Origin: Perna viridis
Lineage: Eukaryota
NCBI GenBank assembly: GCA_037379345.1
Contig: CM074517.1
Location: forward strand, 36,084,001 to 36,148,000
Length of the DNA: 64,000 bases
Direction of reading: 5' to 3'
Positions 27,573 to 41,900 of this stretch are shown piece after piece. Each line of letters starts with the position of its first letter. Positions within the stretch are counted from its first letter, which is position 1. A program made the translations under genes and the position numbers. The notes beneath the pieces are model-generated. The model saw only the letters and a list, made by a program, of their open reading frames with translations, searched no databases and was not told the DNA's origin.

Positions 27573-30500
27573 CAATTACAAGGAATGAAGCTCAGTGTTT
27601 TGAGTGTTGAAATTTGCTATACTGCTAAGTAACGTGTAAATATTCACAATGCTGATTGAACACACGTGGTGGGTTTCGGTGCTTCTGATCCGAGAAATGC
27701 TCTATCCATGATGATTAAGAAGACCGCCTCTAAAACACGCGACTGGCCTGTTTTACAGAAAAACATTTTTGAATAATAATTAATAAAAAATGATTTGTAT
27801 CATAATTGTGTAAAAGACTGTACACAAACCAAATCTTTCTTGTCAATTTTCAGTATATCCCATCTCTGTTGTTGTATCTCATAAAAATCTCGACAGTTAA
27901 TTTATGGATACTTTTACATATGATGTAATTCATCACTTAAAAGGTCTCGTTAAAAGCATACAGATTGTATATCGACATTATGATTTAAATAAGAACCTCT
28001 CTATAATCGCTGTAAAATGCCTACTCAAGCATAATTCATGGCTTGTATATTAGCATTTTCAATTTGCTGTAAGGGGCATATTTAAAATTAAATCAGGAAT
28101 AAATCAACGTGTTTACATTTATCAAAGAAAACGAAGGCCCCGTCCTAGAAAATGCTAACCATGGGAAAGCAGGCGTGATTCACAGCTTTTGTGACAAATT
28201 TCACCCTTTAATTTTAATTTGAGAAGCATTTAATTATGTTTTATGTTCAAATAATTTCCAGTTTAAACAGTAAAGTCAATATTGAAGAGCTTACGATCTG
28301 GTGTTAATAGAGGCCTTTGACAAATAAAATAAATGAAACCCATATATGTTCAGTCCTTGAGAGAATGCACGAATTGTAGAGTACATTCTTTTACCAGACA
28401 TTAATGTTTATTTAATTTTTATAATAGTCTTCCCCGTGATATTTATGTATCTAAATTATAATTTTTAAAAAAAATGAATCATGTCCAAGTGTCCATCCCG
28501 GTTTCGGGGGGTATTTCATTGAATAAAACTGATTAAGTCCATAAATCATTCGGCCTCAAGGGCCACATAAATGTCCAGGCCAACATGTCTGTTTGATTGC
28601 TGTTTTAAAACCATCGAAAAATTGTGCATAAAATGCAATTTAGATATGCTGAATAATTTTATCAGTGAACACCCAAAATACTTGTTATGTTCTCATTACT
28701 TCAGAATTTGCTTACATGTAGGTGTTATGTTAAGTATACCGGATAGACAACGAACCGATGCTTTCCCTTTGAAGTCACCACGCATGTTTCTAAATAAACA
28801 AAAAAGTCGTTCATTTTTAAAGTAAATACTAATATGGTCAAATCATGCATCTAGTTGCGTAATATTTACTTTCTTTTCCCACAAATATAGTGAAAGTTCA
28901 CCTGGAACCGCTTAATCAGTTGATTCCAAGAACACGCCTCGTCATGCATAATACACAGCCAATGCGTCAACTACATGCAAAACTGCACACTCGAGTAATT
29001 TTATATAAGATATAAGAACATGTATTGCACACCTTGTTCGTAAGAGTTGAAGGATGACATAAAATGCTAGTTATGTGACAAGAATAAATTCTATAAATCT
29101 GCTGGTACGAAACTATGTACATTCATGTTTCGTGTAATTCGTTCGTGTAGTATTTTTTTCGTTCGTTTTGAACATCTTGGTATGGTAATAAGACGAATGC
29201 TCAAATACAATTTATGTTGAGCAAACAATTACAAAATATTATAATTGAACAGTGTGACATGGATGAAATACCAAAATTTAAACTGACAATTTTAAATATA
29301 TCAAAAAATTTAGGAATCTGCATTTGTGAGCCAAATGTTCATTAAACGACTCCAACTTTTTAAATGCATGACACACAAACACAAAGAGCTCTTGCTAAGC
29401 CTTCAACACTGAGTAAGATTCGCACTGAACTCTATCATGGCAATTATTTCAGAAATTCAAAAGTCATAGACAAATACCATGGAAAGAAATGGAAACACAA
29501 ACACTGGTCAACATATAGAAACCAAATGAAAGTACACAGAATACTACAAGAAAATAGGCAAACCACTCCTCCAAAATAATGAGCATTGACCAGATGCATC
29601 TGGAGGGTGTCCTTTCTCTATCCTCTTAAGTCCGGTAAACGGGTGGATAAAACTGAAAATCTCACAGCGGAGATGGACTACAAGCTCATGGCGGTGGGAC
29701 TTTTGAGTGATGAGGTTAGTCTCAATGCTTTGCACGTGCTGTGTGCCTAGCGAGATATTGAACATCGTAAAATACTTAATTGGAAAACACCGATCAATAT
29801 TCAAAATGGAACAAAACGGCAATTTGATATAATGAGTACAAATTCTATTTTACATAGGTTCTTCAGTTGCAAAGATTAAGCTGAAATGAACATTCATAAT
29901 TCAACAATTCGTGGTAAGCAGATTCACCAAAATATGACAGATTTGATTAAAATGACAGGTGCTTATTTTACTCTACTGAAGTTTGGTAATATAAACATGC
30001 CAGGATAAATCCAGACATAGGCGGATCAAGGGGGGCTGGAAGCAATATGAACGTCCACAAAAAACTGGGAGTGGCATCAGGTTCTCCGGAAGGATAAGTT
30101 TTAATTGTATATTTCAAACATAGCTATGGTTGTGTCTGACACGCAAGTATATCTCAAGTGTTCTATTTCAGTACCAGTGGTGCTTTCTGAGACATTTTTA
30201 TTCCGAGCATTTACCGTTGTGCTCGTTACGTTAACTCCAATCACGGAAATATTTCTGGTTTTAATCCCTGAGAAAGATATTCGTCGAACGTCTGTCTTAA
30301 TATGTGCTTATTTTTTTTTTGCAGATCTTTCCCTCATAGAAAATGAAACATCGTTGGTTTGGCGCGCGCTAGCGGATATTTACCAGCGGAGTTGTTCATG
30401 ATTCACAATCCACAACCATAAGACGTCACCGAGAAAAAAAAAGTACTAAAGCAAAACAAAAACATTAAAACTTTAAGATATAAAAATAAAGTTAAAACTA

Positions 30501-30813
30501 CAGATTATTATTTCTCACAAACGTTAATCTCATGACCATCATATTAGCAATTGTTATTTGCTAGATATAATTCGATTGTACAATTTTACCCCTGGACTTT
30601 ATAACATGATTTTAACACGTGACTTTATAAGGAGAATATGGTGAATATGTCAAAGAGATAATAACCGCACTGGGATGAAAAATGTCAGTTCAAGGTCACC
30701 CATAGGTCTTCAATGGACGACGAGGAAACCCTCAAACCATGACAAAATTTTATACATATTATAAATAAAACATCTCATTATTGTATAGTATTATTTGTGG
30801 CCTACCAATTTAA

Positions 30814-31391
30814 GGGCGTGTCCTCCAGAGAATATACCGCTGTAGCGATCAAGGATTAAGATGTTGAAAATACTCTGCATATACTCAAGGACTATGAAAC
30901 GGAATCAAAATGCAAGTTTTACGAAGCTAACACATAGGGAGGCATTCTTAAATTGCAATGAAACCTCTTTTGGACTATGTTTAAAATTCTTTTTATTGCT
31001 TGTTCTAAACGTAAGAACGATTTCATATATTGTATTCTTACAATATATTTGCAATAAAATTTCGTACGATCGGCTTAACCTGTGCGATTTAGTGGGCGGT
31101 TTATTGTGGCGTAGTGCTCATATTGCGTAGGAGTACGCAAACGGTTAATCTTTGTCCTCTAAACGCATCTTTTTCCCAAATATCGTGTAGAAATCCTGTT
31201 TGTTCTACCACTGTCTTTTTCCATATAAAGAGGATGAATAAGTTACGGATGCGCGCATGTACAAAAAGAACTTATTCATCCTCTTTATATGATACCAACG
31301 GCAATGAACGCAGATACAACGTCTACGACTAAGCCGAGAGGGCAACATTCACACAAGGCAAATATTAATTTAGTGTCGTAGAAGATCGCCC
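30814..31391. mobile_element. Possible TTAA-flanked non-autonomous DNA element (Kolobok-like termini)
   Basis: TTAA|GGGCG ... CGCCC|TTAA; the terminal match is short, so the call is tentative. Confidence 0.3.
31222..31291. repeat. Perfect 23-bp inverted repeat with 24-nt spacer
   Basis: CATATAAAGAGGATGAATAAGTT (31222-31244) is the exact reverse complement of 31269-31291. Confidence 0.95.
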
Positions 31392-32538
31392 TTAATCATG
31401 CGTTGTGGCATTTTCAAGCAAAATTTTGTAAGACAAATTGGTACTTCAAAATGGGTCGAACAGGAGTTTCATCTTATGTTACCAAATGTGAGAGCACTGG
31501 CAGGCGGATACCGATATCGATATTCGTTATTTCTTAATTTCGAGAAATTTCTTTCATATTTTGTAGCATTCAATGAGTTTAAAACACTCATAGATAAAAA
31601 AAAAAAACACTTTTCCTTAAAAGGCACGGCCTTGTTGTTAAAATAACTGCCCGTGATAAACAATTTTCTGACGATACAATAAATTGGTTCAAAGTCTTAA
31701 TTATAGTGTCAGTGTCGTAATGGCCGACAACAATGGTCGATTGTTCATTGTTATGAAATTTTCTTATTTACTTTGAGACAATTTTCTTAAATGTAACAGT
31801 TAGCTAGTACCTAGTGTTACGTGTTCAGGGTTGACAGTTTCAAATTAACGAGACTTTTATAGATTTAAAGTACAAATCACGAGTTTGCCACTGTGAATTA
31901 CTTCAAATTAGTATTACAGGTCCAAAATGTACTTCAGATTTTTAATTTGATGTCTGGCCTTCGTAAGACTTAGTAACCATCATTCTTTGAAGTACAAGTA
32001 CACTATTTGAATTAAATTAATTCTATAATTACTGTAGACGATTGATTAGGCGATAAAGTATTTAGTCAAGACTATGTGTATTAGGCTCAGCAGAATTAGG
32101 CGAAGCCCTGTCCATTAAGGGGTTTCAGTATAATTTATTATTGCATAAGTGTAACTAAATTGCAAGTTTGCATTGCAGTTGAATGTATCAAGGACATAGC
32201 AATGAAGTTAAATACAACAGAGTTAAAATGTTAGTAAATAGTAAGTTTAAATAAAAAGGAAACACATAAATATTGTTGTACTATGAATTCGAGTTGGTAT
32301 CTTTAGTTTTTCGTCATTTCTCTGTTGTAAATAATGCATTTTGCTCTACTGATTATTAAATTTCGTTGTTTCATATATCTGTATTATGTAAAGGTTGCGT
32401 TTTAGTGTGATTCGTTTGATAATTATTGTTTACCAAAAAATTAAGACAACTACTGATTCGTATTGAGTCTCGTGCAAAGAAAAAATGAATGATACCGAAG
32501 GTGAAAACGAGGGTAAAGCCATTTGGCGGAAGAAGACC

Positions 32539-32703
32539 CAGGGGCGGATACAGGATCTCAGGTTTGGGGGAGGGGGCGTAAATAGAATTTTAAAAAAAAT
32601 GTGGGTAAAATTCGTGAAAAATCAAGGTTTTATGTAAAAAGTTTTTTTTTCAATTTTAGGTGGGGGCGTACGTCCGGCACGCCCGTCATGGGATCCCCGC
32701 ATG
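32539..32703. mobile_element. MITE, same family as 27334-27572, 5-bp TSD AGACC
   Basis: CAGGGGCGGATACAGG ... GGATCCCCGCATG with G-runs; AGACC at 32534-32538 and 32704-32708. Confidence 0.75.
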
Positions 32704-34670
32704 AGACCGGGAACTCCAAACTTACAAAAGATGACAATTAAAAAGTGCACATAGAAAAACCTACAGCACGGTCCCAACTGAAAAAGGTATGAACAGTTCC
32801 TGCTACTTGCAAGACACTAGCTTTTCATTTTTCATTGAAAATAAGTGCTAAGTTCATTATTTTATGAACGGCAATAGAACATTGGAAATCGATGTTCAAA
32901 AATTCTTTCTGAAACAAAAATCGTCTTGTTTGAATACGCATGTTTCTGTTTCCCTGCATCAAGAAGAGAAGAGAACAGCCACAGTATAAGGATACGAATG
33001 TGGTTATTAATATCATAACTAACAACCCATTCCCTTGTCGATGAACTCATAATGAATATTAGAACAATAATTAATAAATAATATTCTTTGGAAGTCAGCA
33101 GTCTTTGGCCTCAGAAAGCAATTTACGACAGGCTTGTCGACATGCTTTGTTACACCGGAATACAAATGTCGTAGTGGCAATCTTATCTGAGTATACAACA
33201 CACATAACAATTTACAACCTGCAGATTTTTAAATTGTCAAGATAATGTCAAGTTAAAAATCTATATGCACTAGATTGTGCAAATGAACATTCTTTAATGT
33301 ATAGACATCAATTAACATATTAAATGAGATGAGCAAATTATGCAGTTGGTATTACAGTTTTAACATCAGTGTAGTTATGTACACACAATCTTATATTTCA
33401 TAAATTATTGTCAAAGGAAGGTGTGTACTTGAAAACGGCCTTCTCACCCACCCGCTTAAAAATAGTAAGCACGTAGGTAGATAAACTGTCGCCTACCGAA
33501 AAGGCCATTTGAAAGGAAATTACATCCGATCACTGCCATTTTTGATATTAATGATTTGTAAATAATGTCTGCATTTTTTGACGGATTACACGGGTAGCTT
33601 CATTGACGGCTTGGTCGCATCTTTAGTAAATATTATCTGCTTAATTTTTACCATTTTATGAATGTAACTTAAGTATAAACAAACCGACGTTGAACCTTAT
33701 TTGTATTTTTGGAGGACGTTGTCCACATTCATTTTGATAATTTGCCATTGTGCGTACTACCATTTCAGCATGCCAAGCGTTAGAAACAACAAATTATAAG
33801 TTACTTCATGTATTACACCTGTCCCCAAAAACTGCTGAAAATTGCCATGCAATCAAATACGTGAAAACGTAATGTTCAAATAGTAAAAATTGGTGACATT
33901 TTCAATAACTACATGTAGTAATAAACTCTCCAGCTTCGATAAGAACAATGTTAACTAGTAACATGAAAGTATACATGTATACATTCTGATACAGGTATCA
34001 TTAATGTTCTTGTATGGTGTATATTATGTTTGTATTCACTTAACCAATCTGAGTATTATTTGCAGTGGCAAATCCAATAATACCGAAAAGGCCCGCTTCC
34101 TGGCATAATGAGGGGAGTTTGCTCCAGCGTTTTCTGTATAGGCTTTAGGGCCCCTACATGATTTGTAATAATTTTGATACGAACCATTTTCCTTCCTGTA
34201 TCTTTTCATGATGTACACGTGCGTTATACTTTTAATTTTAGAGATGCATGTGATAGGAGCTTTTTACTATTACAACCAACTGCTATATCGTAAAATGATT
34301 CAGAATTATGTATTAAATTCATGCTCATGTATAGATGTAAAAAGAAGTATAATTCATTGTTGGTAACTGATTTCTTTGCATGCCATAAGACAAAAATCGA
34401 TTTTGAAATATTAATCTAAACAACCTTTACTTTTCTCAATTTTTTCAAAAATAAATCTTAAATAAATTTTGTTCTTGTTTTACAAGAATGCAAATGAGCT
34501 TATATGTAGGCTGGTATCGAGAAACCAATAAAATTTAGCAGACGACGTGTTCTACCTGAGTAACCAAGGATCAATAGTATATTAGTCCCGGCGAAACAGT
34601 TGTACGATCTCGTTGGGAAGAGTTCGGTAGTGCTCTCCGTTAAAGACTGCTATACAAGGATAAATTCAAA

Positions 34671-35182
34671 ATGTCTCAAGAAAAAGTAGAAGTTAGAACC
34701 AGGAACACAAAAACTGCCCAAACCATGGGTCCTAGGAGTACCATCATCACACGCCACAGTACAAGCGGCACCCTGCCTATGGCTGGTACTAGGAGCTCAA
34801 CTTTTAGAGCAAGTTATGGAGGTGGTGGCTTTGGAGGGGCCGCATCATTCGCCACAGGAACCGTTTCTGGTATGTCCCAAAAAAATGTTGCCAACGTTTT
34901 GGATACCAGAGCCAAGGAAAAGAATGAAATGAACGTTTTGAATGAGCGTTTTGCAAGTTACATAGAAAAAGTGCGATTTGTAGAAGCTCAAAATAAAGCC
35001 TTGTTAGCAGAAATCGAAAGACTGAAAAAGCAGAAAAATTTTGATGTTAGTGAAATCAAGGAATTATACGAACAAGAAATAGCCGATTCTAGGAAAATAA
35101 TTGATGATTTATCTGATGAGAAAGCCAAATTTGATTCAACCTTAGTTAGCTTACAAGATCAACTGGAAGATGAAAAAAGAGA
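34671..35182 (+). CDS. Cytoplasmic intermediate filament protein (protostome long-coil-1b type), exon 1: head, coil 1a, start of coil 1b
   Basis: ATG 34671; S/T/R/G-rich head; helix-initiation motif LNERFASYIEKVRFVEAQN; donor GA|GTAAGT, phase 2. Confidence 0.95.
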
Positions 35183-38100
35183 GTAAGTCATTTTAACAAA
35201 CGTCCTTTTGCTTATCTCTTAGTTTTTCATTCTTTTTTATCATTTTGAACTTTTTTGTTAGCATAAATTGTATGTTATAAACCTTTTTAGATCTGTATAA
35301 AGTTTTTTTGTGTGTGGCTCTCTACTAGCTTTTATACTTAGTTTCATGCGCTATGGCACCACTGGAACCACATGTATACTGCATTTGTTGGTTCTGTTGA
35401 AATTTTCTTAAGTTAGATTTAGTTTTGAATTAAAAAAAAATTGAATGGATATTATTAAAACTGTATAAAAAAAACTTCGGGAAAATCATATAAATACTTG
35501 ACTGTCGTTTGCAATACCAGAAGCCGGCCGGTGACTTTCACTAGTGCGAGAGTCGGCTTCAGAAACCACGCCTACTTTAAAATTATCCTGCGTCATCAGT
35601 TTCATTCAATCACGTGATTGCATATATTTTCCAAATGAATAGGAAAAGTCGAGCTTTTAAAGATAGCATAACTCATTGAATTATGAATGATATGAAAAAA
35701 AAAAACACACACACATTGAAATCTTTGACAGCGGGCTGTCAAGTAGTTGTTAATAATATGCAAGTCAGCAGACAGTGGAAGAAATCATTGAATGAATTTA
35801 TTTCTTTGGTATGCAATATATTCGTGATTTTATAAACTGCTTATCCAATACTAAAAGCTCAGGAAATTGAATAATGACATTTCGAATTAATTTGTAAACA
35901 TTTTATAAATTTGTCTAATTTATGACAGTTGCCATATCTTGCCGCTGATCGTAAATCATGACATATTGGTGTAGGTTTTTCTCTGTAGACATCACTTGGG
36001 GAAAATAGAACATTTACTTGCTTGATGAAAATAATAAAGCTATTCAAGGTCTTGAACTTTAAAGCAAATATTTCCTTCTACTTATGAAAATATAACAAGG
36101 TAGATTACACTTTGTGTTTTAAATCTACTATAAATTGAACATTTTACCTTAAATATACATTTTGCTACACAACAATGCACTTAAATAGGCGTCAAGCCTT
36201 AAATAAGATTAAGTCTGATTGTTCGTTCAGACCTGTCTTTTTTCACTGTTATATATACTTAAGTTCAAAAGAAATAAAGGTTTTATCTGTCTTTGAATTC
36301 TCTCGATTAATTAACTATTGTTACGAACAAGTCTTGTTGAAACACGAAACGGAAATTTAGAAGCTAAAAAAGCGAAACAATGTAAGTTCTCTTGTCAGTT
36401 ACAGCTTGTCTGACCTATCTTAATATGTAACATACATGCATTTAACTGTTGTTAACGTTTTGACAGTTATATGTCAACATATAAGGTTCTCTTCTTTCAC
36501 TTGAACGCTCAATTTAAAATTCGAAAAATGAACGTTTAATGCTAGCATTCATTTTTATTGACAGTTAATTCATTGTAATATATTTCGTGTTGCTCTCTGG
36601 GTTGACCTATCAGTCAGTATTTTAGTTTAAATACGGCAACAGGGTGACAGTTGAGCATTGTGATATGTTGAATACATGTACGTGCTGCGTTTACGTAACT
36701 TTCAGTAATTGTATTTAAACTGCATTTGCGTGCTTAGATCGACCTGCTATATGCCAGTTATGTCTGAGATACGTTCAGAAAGTACCAGTTATAAACTGCA
36801 AAAACCCTCGAAATTCGTTCGGTCTCTTTTTAAGCTCCAACGAATAAATATTATTAGTGACTCACTCTTTTAAATCTTGAATGAAACAACTCACCCTAAC
36901 CTGATGTAAATGATATTTTAATTCAATGCATTCGATATCCAGCTTCTAGATTCTAGTTTAATGGGTGTCTTTGATATGTGTACTAAAACAAATTGCCCAG
37001 CCAGAGGGGACTGTAAGTTATATAAAAGGCCGAATCGTATCCGGGTGAAAATTAAAACCGTTAAATTCACAGATTGAAATTATATGAATGGTTAAATCAG
37101 GAATGTTTATGTAGCAATTTAAGAAATGCCTCAAGATTTTGTCAACTTTTAGAATCTCGGTGTTTTAGTTTCTTGGATTTGTTTACACACCAGCACAGTT
37201 TGACAAGAAAAAAACACTTGAAGTTTCTTGGTACATTTTACTTTCAATTACTACAGGTAATGACCATACAAACACGATTGCTACGTACTGTTATGATAGT
37301 TAAAAATTATGCCCACATTGACTTGGTGTTAAAAGTTATTCGAGACAGAATAGAATTTAATTTTACATAATATAAAAAAAACAATATTGAATATCATTAA
37401 CTTAAATTATGCAACAATTAAAATATTATTATGATCAACAATCCGTATATTGGCTTTGTGTCATATGTAAATCTCCACGTCTTAGTTCTCTGGTTGGGTT
37501 AAACATTTTTACATGTTCTTAGTTTTTTTTCAGAGATTCAATTTGAACCAATGCAATAAAGCACCCGCTACCAGTCCTACCTTAATTTTAAAATCGTTAT
37601 GAAGTAAGATTCACACAGTCAATTTGTTTATATCTACATATATAAAACATGGCATGGCTATAAATGGACAAAACTGACCGATACATTATTTCAGGATGGA
37701 AGCCATGCATGCACAAGAAGTTTCTCGGTTTTGGTTTTGTTTCATAGACATCTGCACTAGGAAATTTTAAAAGAGAGTTTATCCTTGAATTTTTTTTCAC
37801 AGTGGGAAATTTCAATACAAAACCTTTGCAAACGAAGAATTTAGATAACACCGTTACATTCGACCAATCGTCTACAATGGCTAGTAAGCTCTGTAATATA
37901 TTAGAGTGGGTACTTCTGATCTTCTACGTAATGGGATTAATCTGAGGGAGTTGCCGATCATTAATTCTCGTATTTAACCATACTAGTCTTGGGATAAAAT
38001 GAAAGCCTGTTATTTTACGGTCCAAATTAAATATACATTTTGTTGAGAATTTAATAAGCAAAAAATCGGCTCAAGTAACAAAGGATAAGCCTGTTTTAAA

Positions 38101-38344
38101 CACCTGCAAGTCTGAATGAACAAGAAGCTCACCGAACAAAATATGTTCGATGTAATATGATCTTTGATTTTGTAAAATCACTTATTAAGTTTCACGTTCA
38201 GAATCTTCCTATTGCATTGGTTGGTTCTCTTCTATATTCTAACCTAACGTTGTATTCTACTCATAACGTACGTATCCACAATAATGGGCAACAGGATCTT
38301 AAGATAATTCAGGGGGTAACAAAAAGTCCAGATAATTTTGAAGC

Positions 38345-38943
38345 CCTGCAGTAAACGTAGCTCACCGTTCTATAGTGGCCGGCGTACCTGTAGTAAATGT
38401 AGCACACCGTTCTATAGTGGCCAGCGTACCAGTAGTAAATGTAGCACACCGTTCTATGGTGGCCGGCGTACCTGTAGTAAACGTAGCTCACCGTTCTATA
38501 TGGCCGGCGTACCTGTAGTAAACGTAGCTCACCGTTCTATAGTGGCCGGTGTACCTGTAGTAAACGTAGCACACCGTGTACCTGTAGTAAACGTAGCACA
38601 CCGTTCTATAGTGGCCGGTGTACCTGTAGTAAACGTAGCACACCGTGTACCTGTAGTAAACGTAGCACACCGTTCTATAGTGGCCTGTGTACATGTAGTA
38701 AATGTAGCACACCGTTCTATAGTGGCCGGTGTACCTGTAGTAAACCTAGCTCACCGTTCTATAGTGGCCGGCGTACCTGTATTAAACGTAGCTCACCGTT
38801 CTATAGTGGCCAGCGTACCTGTAGTAAATGTAGCACACCGTTCTATAGTGGCCAGCGTACCAGTAGTAAATGTAGCACACCGTTCTATGGTGACCAGCGT
38901 ACCAGTAGTAAACGTAGCACACCGTTCTATACTGGCCAGCGTA
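38345..38943. repeat. 42-bp minisatellite (~15 units, two 27-bp deletion variants) in IF intron 1
   Basis: Unit GTAGTAAACGTAGCTCACCGTTCTATAGTGGCCGGCGTACCT; accounts for the repetitive ORFs on both strands. Confidence 0.95.
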
Positions 38944-41900
38944 AGGCACATATAGTTATATTTAGGAAATAATTGAAGGAGGTTAAAATGATCTTCAGTG
39001 TATATCTCGCACAAAGTAGTCGTCATGTGTTACTGATTTGTGGTATAGAAGTGGCCCACATTGTGGGAAATACCACACTTGCTAATGACCAATGCAACAA
39101 GATGAGTAAATTGTTAGAATAAACTCTGTTCGAACTTTTGCTGTTGACTCAAAATTTGTAACACAGCATGAATTCAAGTGCTCTGTCGCACAACAATGAC
39201 CGCTCATTGTTTGCTGAGTACATTAAAAGGTTTAACTTTCAAATGAAGGTATTGTGTTCCGAATGACATTTCTATTTAATTTTCAAATGAGGGTGTTGTG
39301 TTCCGAAGGGCATTTCTATTTACCTCTAAATTAAATGTCCAGTTATGTGTTTGTAGTAGTAAAAATTCATTCACTGAATTGAGTCCTTGTTTGAAAAGTG
39401 ATATAATGATTAAAGCTAATTAAATATCTCAATTTTTATAACGCGTAAAGACTAGGGTGTTCTGGTGGTCTGCTTTGTTGAAAAAAGACAACCCTTCTGA
39501 TTGCATAAGGTTCGCCAATTACAGTGTAGGTTAACGCACCATCGGCGATGAGTGTGAAAACGTATGCCACGAACGTACTGTATTTTATAAATGTTCTGTT
39601 GTTTTGTTCACAAACATATTTTTACCTTGTTCGGTTAATCCCTTATTTCGCAATTTGTGTATAGTAAACCACAGTTTACCTCACATTTACATCATTCGTT
39701 GCATTGAAACCTGTATATACACCGTCGTGACGAATCGATGGAGGCGACATCCCAGAGGCAATATTACACTGCAATTAATTACAAGACATGTCTAGTAACC
39801 AGACTGAATAACCTTTATGTCTGCTGAAGAAGAGCGATCACTTTAATATGCAGGTTTTGTCGTCGTGATTATATGAAGTGTATGAGAAAATTTTATATTC
39901 TGTTCAAAAATCATCTTTGCTAGTCACTAAAACAACTTTCTTTGCCCATTAAAATACCTATGGACGGAGGGATCAAGGTTGCACCATAATAGCTCTGTTG
40001 AAAAAATGGCATATGTTCAAAAATAGAGTTCTCAACACCTTAGATTGGCCGCATTCATTTTGTAGAACAAACTACCCCTTCCCTTCATGGAAGAAAACAG
40101 GCATACCCGATCCCAGTCTAATTTATCTCAACACTCTTTCATGTTTAAATTTTAGACAATCCTACAATAGATGGGAACAATAAAACACAAGTGAACGTTG
40201 TTGGGTGTTTTTATTTATATGAAATGTCATATTCTTACGGTTGTACTTTCATTACAACGTATCATGGCAACTTAAGATACATTATATGCGTTTAACTTTC
40301 TCATTTATGCAGTGTGTTACATTATAGTTGTATCAATCAGTCGATATCTGGATATGTGTTGCAATGCAACGTTTCCACGTGTCTTAAGATGACTAGCAAA
40401 CTCTAAAAGAAAAATGCAATTTTTCCACAGGTGTTACCTATGGTGAACATGTAGGCCTGTATGTTTCAAGGTTGGCGCGACATTGGTTATTCACAGTTTA
40501 AGGTTCATTAACCATGTTGTAATGAATCAGTTTCTACAAAATTCAAATTGAATACTGAGTTTTACCTTTTATTGATAAATTAGCACAACTAATCGTATCG
40601 TTTTACTAAACAACAGAAATTAAAGTCTAACATCCACCATTGGACGGCGTATTTATACGCAACATTGACATTGTCGCTACAGAACACAAACCCCTCCTTT
40701 GGACTGCATATTTGTATAGTGCATTGACACTATTGGTACTATTGGTACCTATCACAAGCTCACTCGTTGCCGTTGGAGCCGAAACCATTTCTCATTACCG
40801 TCGTAAAATGAGAAAATTCTATTTTAGTTTCAGAACCAGAATATGATTAAAAATTCGGTTACCTTTGTATGTTAATACACCAACCACTTCGTTTTAATCT
40901 TAAACATGACAAATGAGGTCTCTTTTTTTCTATATTTTGTTACGTTTTATAAGTACATAGAACCCTCTTTTAACACAGGCCAAGACATTGAACTTCGGTC
41001 GTATAGATCAACAACCTCGTAATATGTCAATTCTTCTGCATAAATGAATTTCTGACTTATAGTGACTAAATATTTTGCCGTTAATGTTTAATTAAAGCGG
41101 TAAACAGTTATGTATCCTTGTGAACTTTTTTGGACCTCAATTATTGTTAATTCTTTCTGCTATCGGATTGTTGTAATTTTGCACTTTGTCTGGGTTTATA
41201 GAATACCCAATTCCTTAACTTGGAAAATCTATAAAATTTCCATTAAGCCATACACTCGAGACTTCGGCTTAACTTTACTGTAAACACCAGTGGTGTTTCT
41301 GGTTTTAAAATTCCCATGTCTTCACAGACAGAGAGAATAAATTCGTACCCTTTAAACTATCTAGTCAAAGTACGATATATCAACAGAAAACAAGGCAGTA
41401 ATTAAATAAAGTCAACGTGTCCTTTAATCGCTTGTTTTGAGCTTGTATTACCAAATAAATCTACGTTAATCTTTTTACTTGTTAACCATGCATAATTAAA
41501 TACATTTCAACTTGCTTAGTCTTGCTATCGCATTGTACTTATTTCAGTTGAGCTCAAAAAAGTAATCCGAGCATAAAATTAGTTGTTTCGACTGACTTGA
41601 CATTTCTGAATTACGAAGGTGACACACAATATGAACTACCATTTCTTTTAGAAGTTTTGATGTAAACTTTGTTTTTATGCGAACAAGGTTATCGTCCTAT
41701 ATGTTGTGCGTACCTATCCATTTCAAGGACTGAACACAAACGGTAATGATAACTGCATACTCAAAACAAAATGTCATTGCTACATAGAGGTATTTTTTTT
41801 AAATTGAATAAAATATCATTGGCTGCGTATTGTACAACTTTTATACTTTTATTGTATTCTACCGTCCTAGATTTAGTATGGTGTACAGGTGGACTTGAAA

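Noticed and set aside
30045-30098. Short segment resembling a common mollusc interspersed repeat (CTTATCCTTCCGGAGAACCTG on the minus strand)
   Set aside because: Too short and degenerate to classify without a repeat library.
204-34218. Numerous 60-130 aa ORFs in the ORF track outside the Penelope-like fragment
   Set aside because: No recognisable motifs, compositions typical of AT-rich non-coding DNA, many non-ATG starts, no consistent splice chain.
38338-38955. 205-aa repetitive ORF (VVNVAHRSIVAGVP)n
   Set aside because: Product of the minisatellite; an internal 2-bp deletion shifts the register and there are no convincing splice sites.
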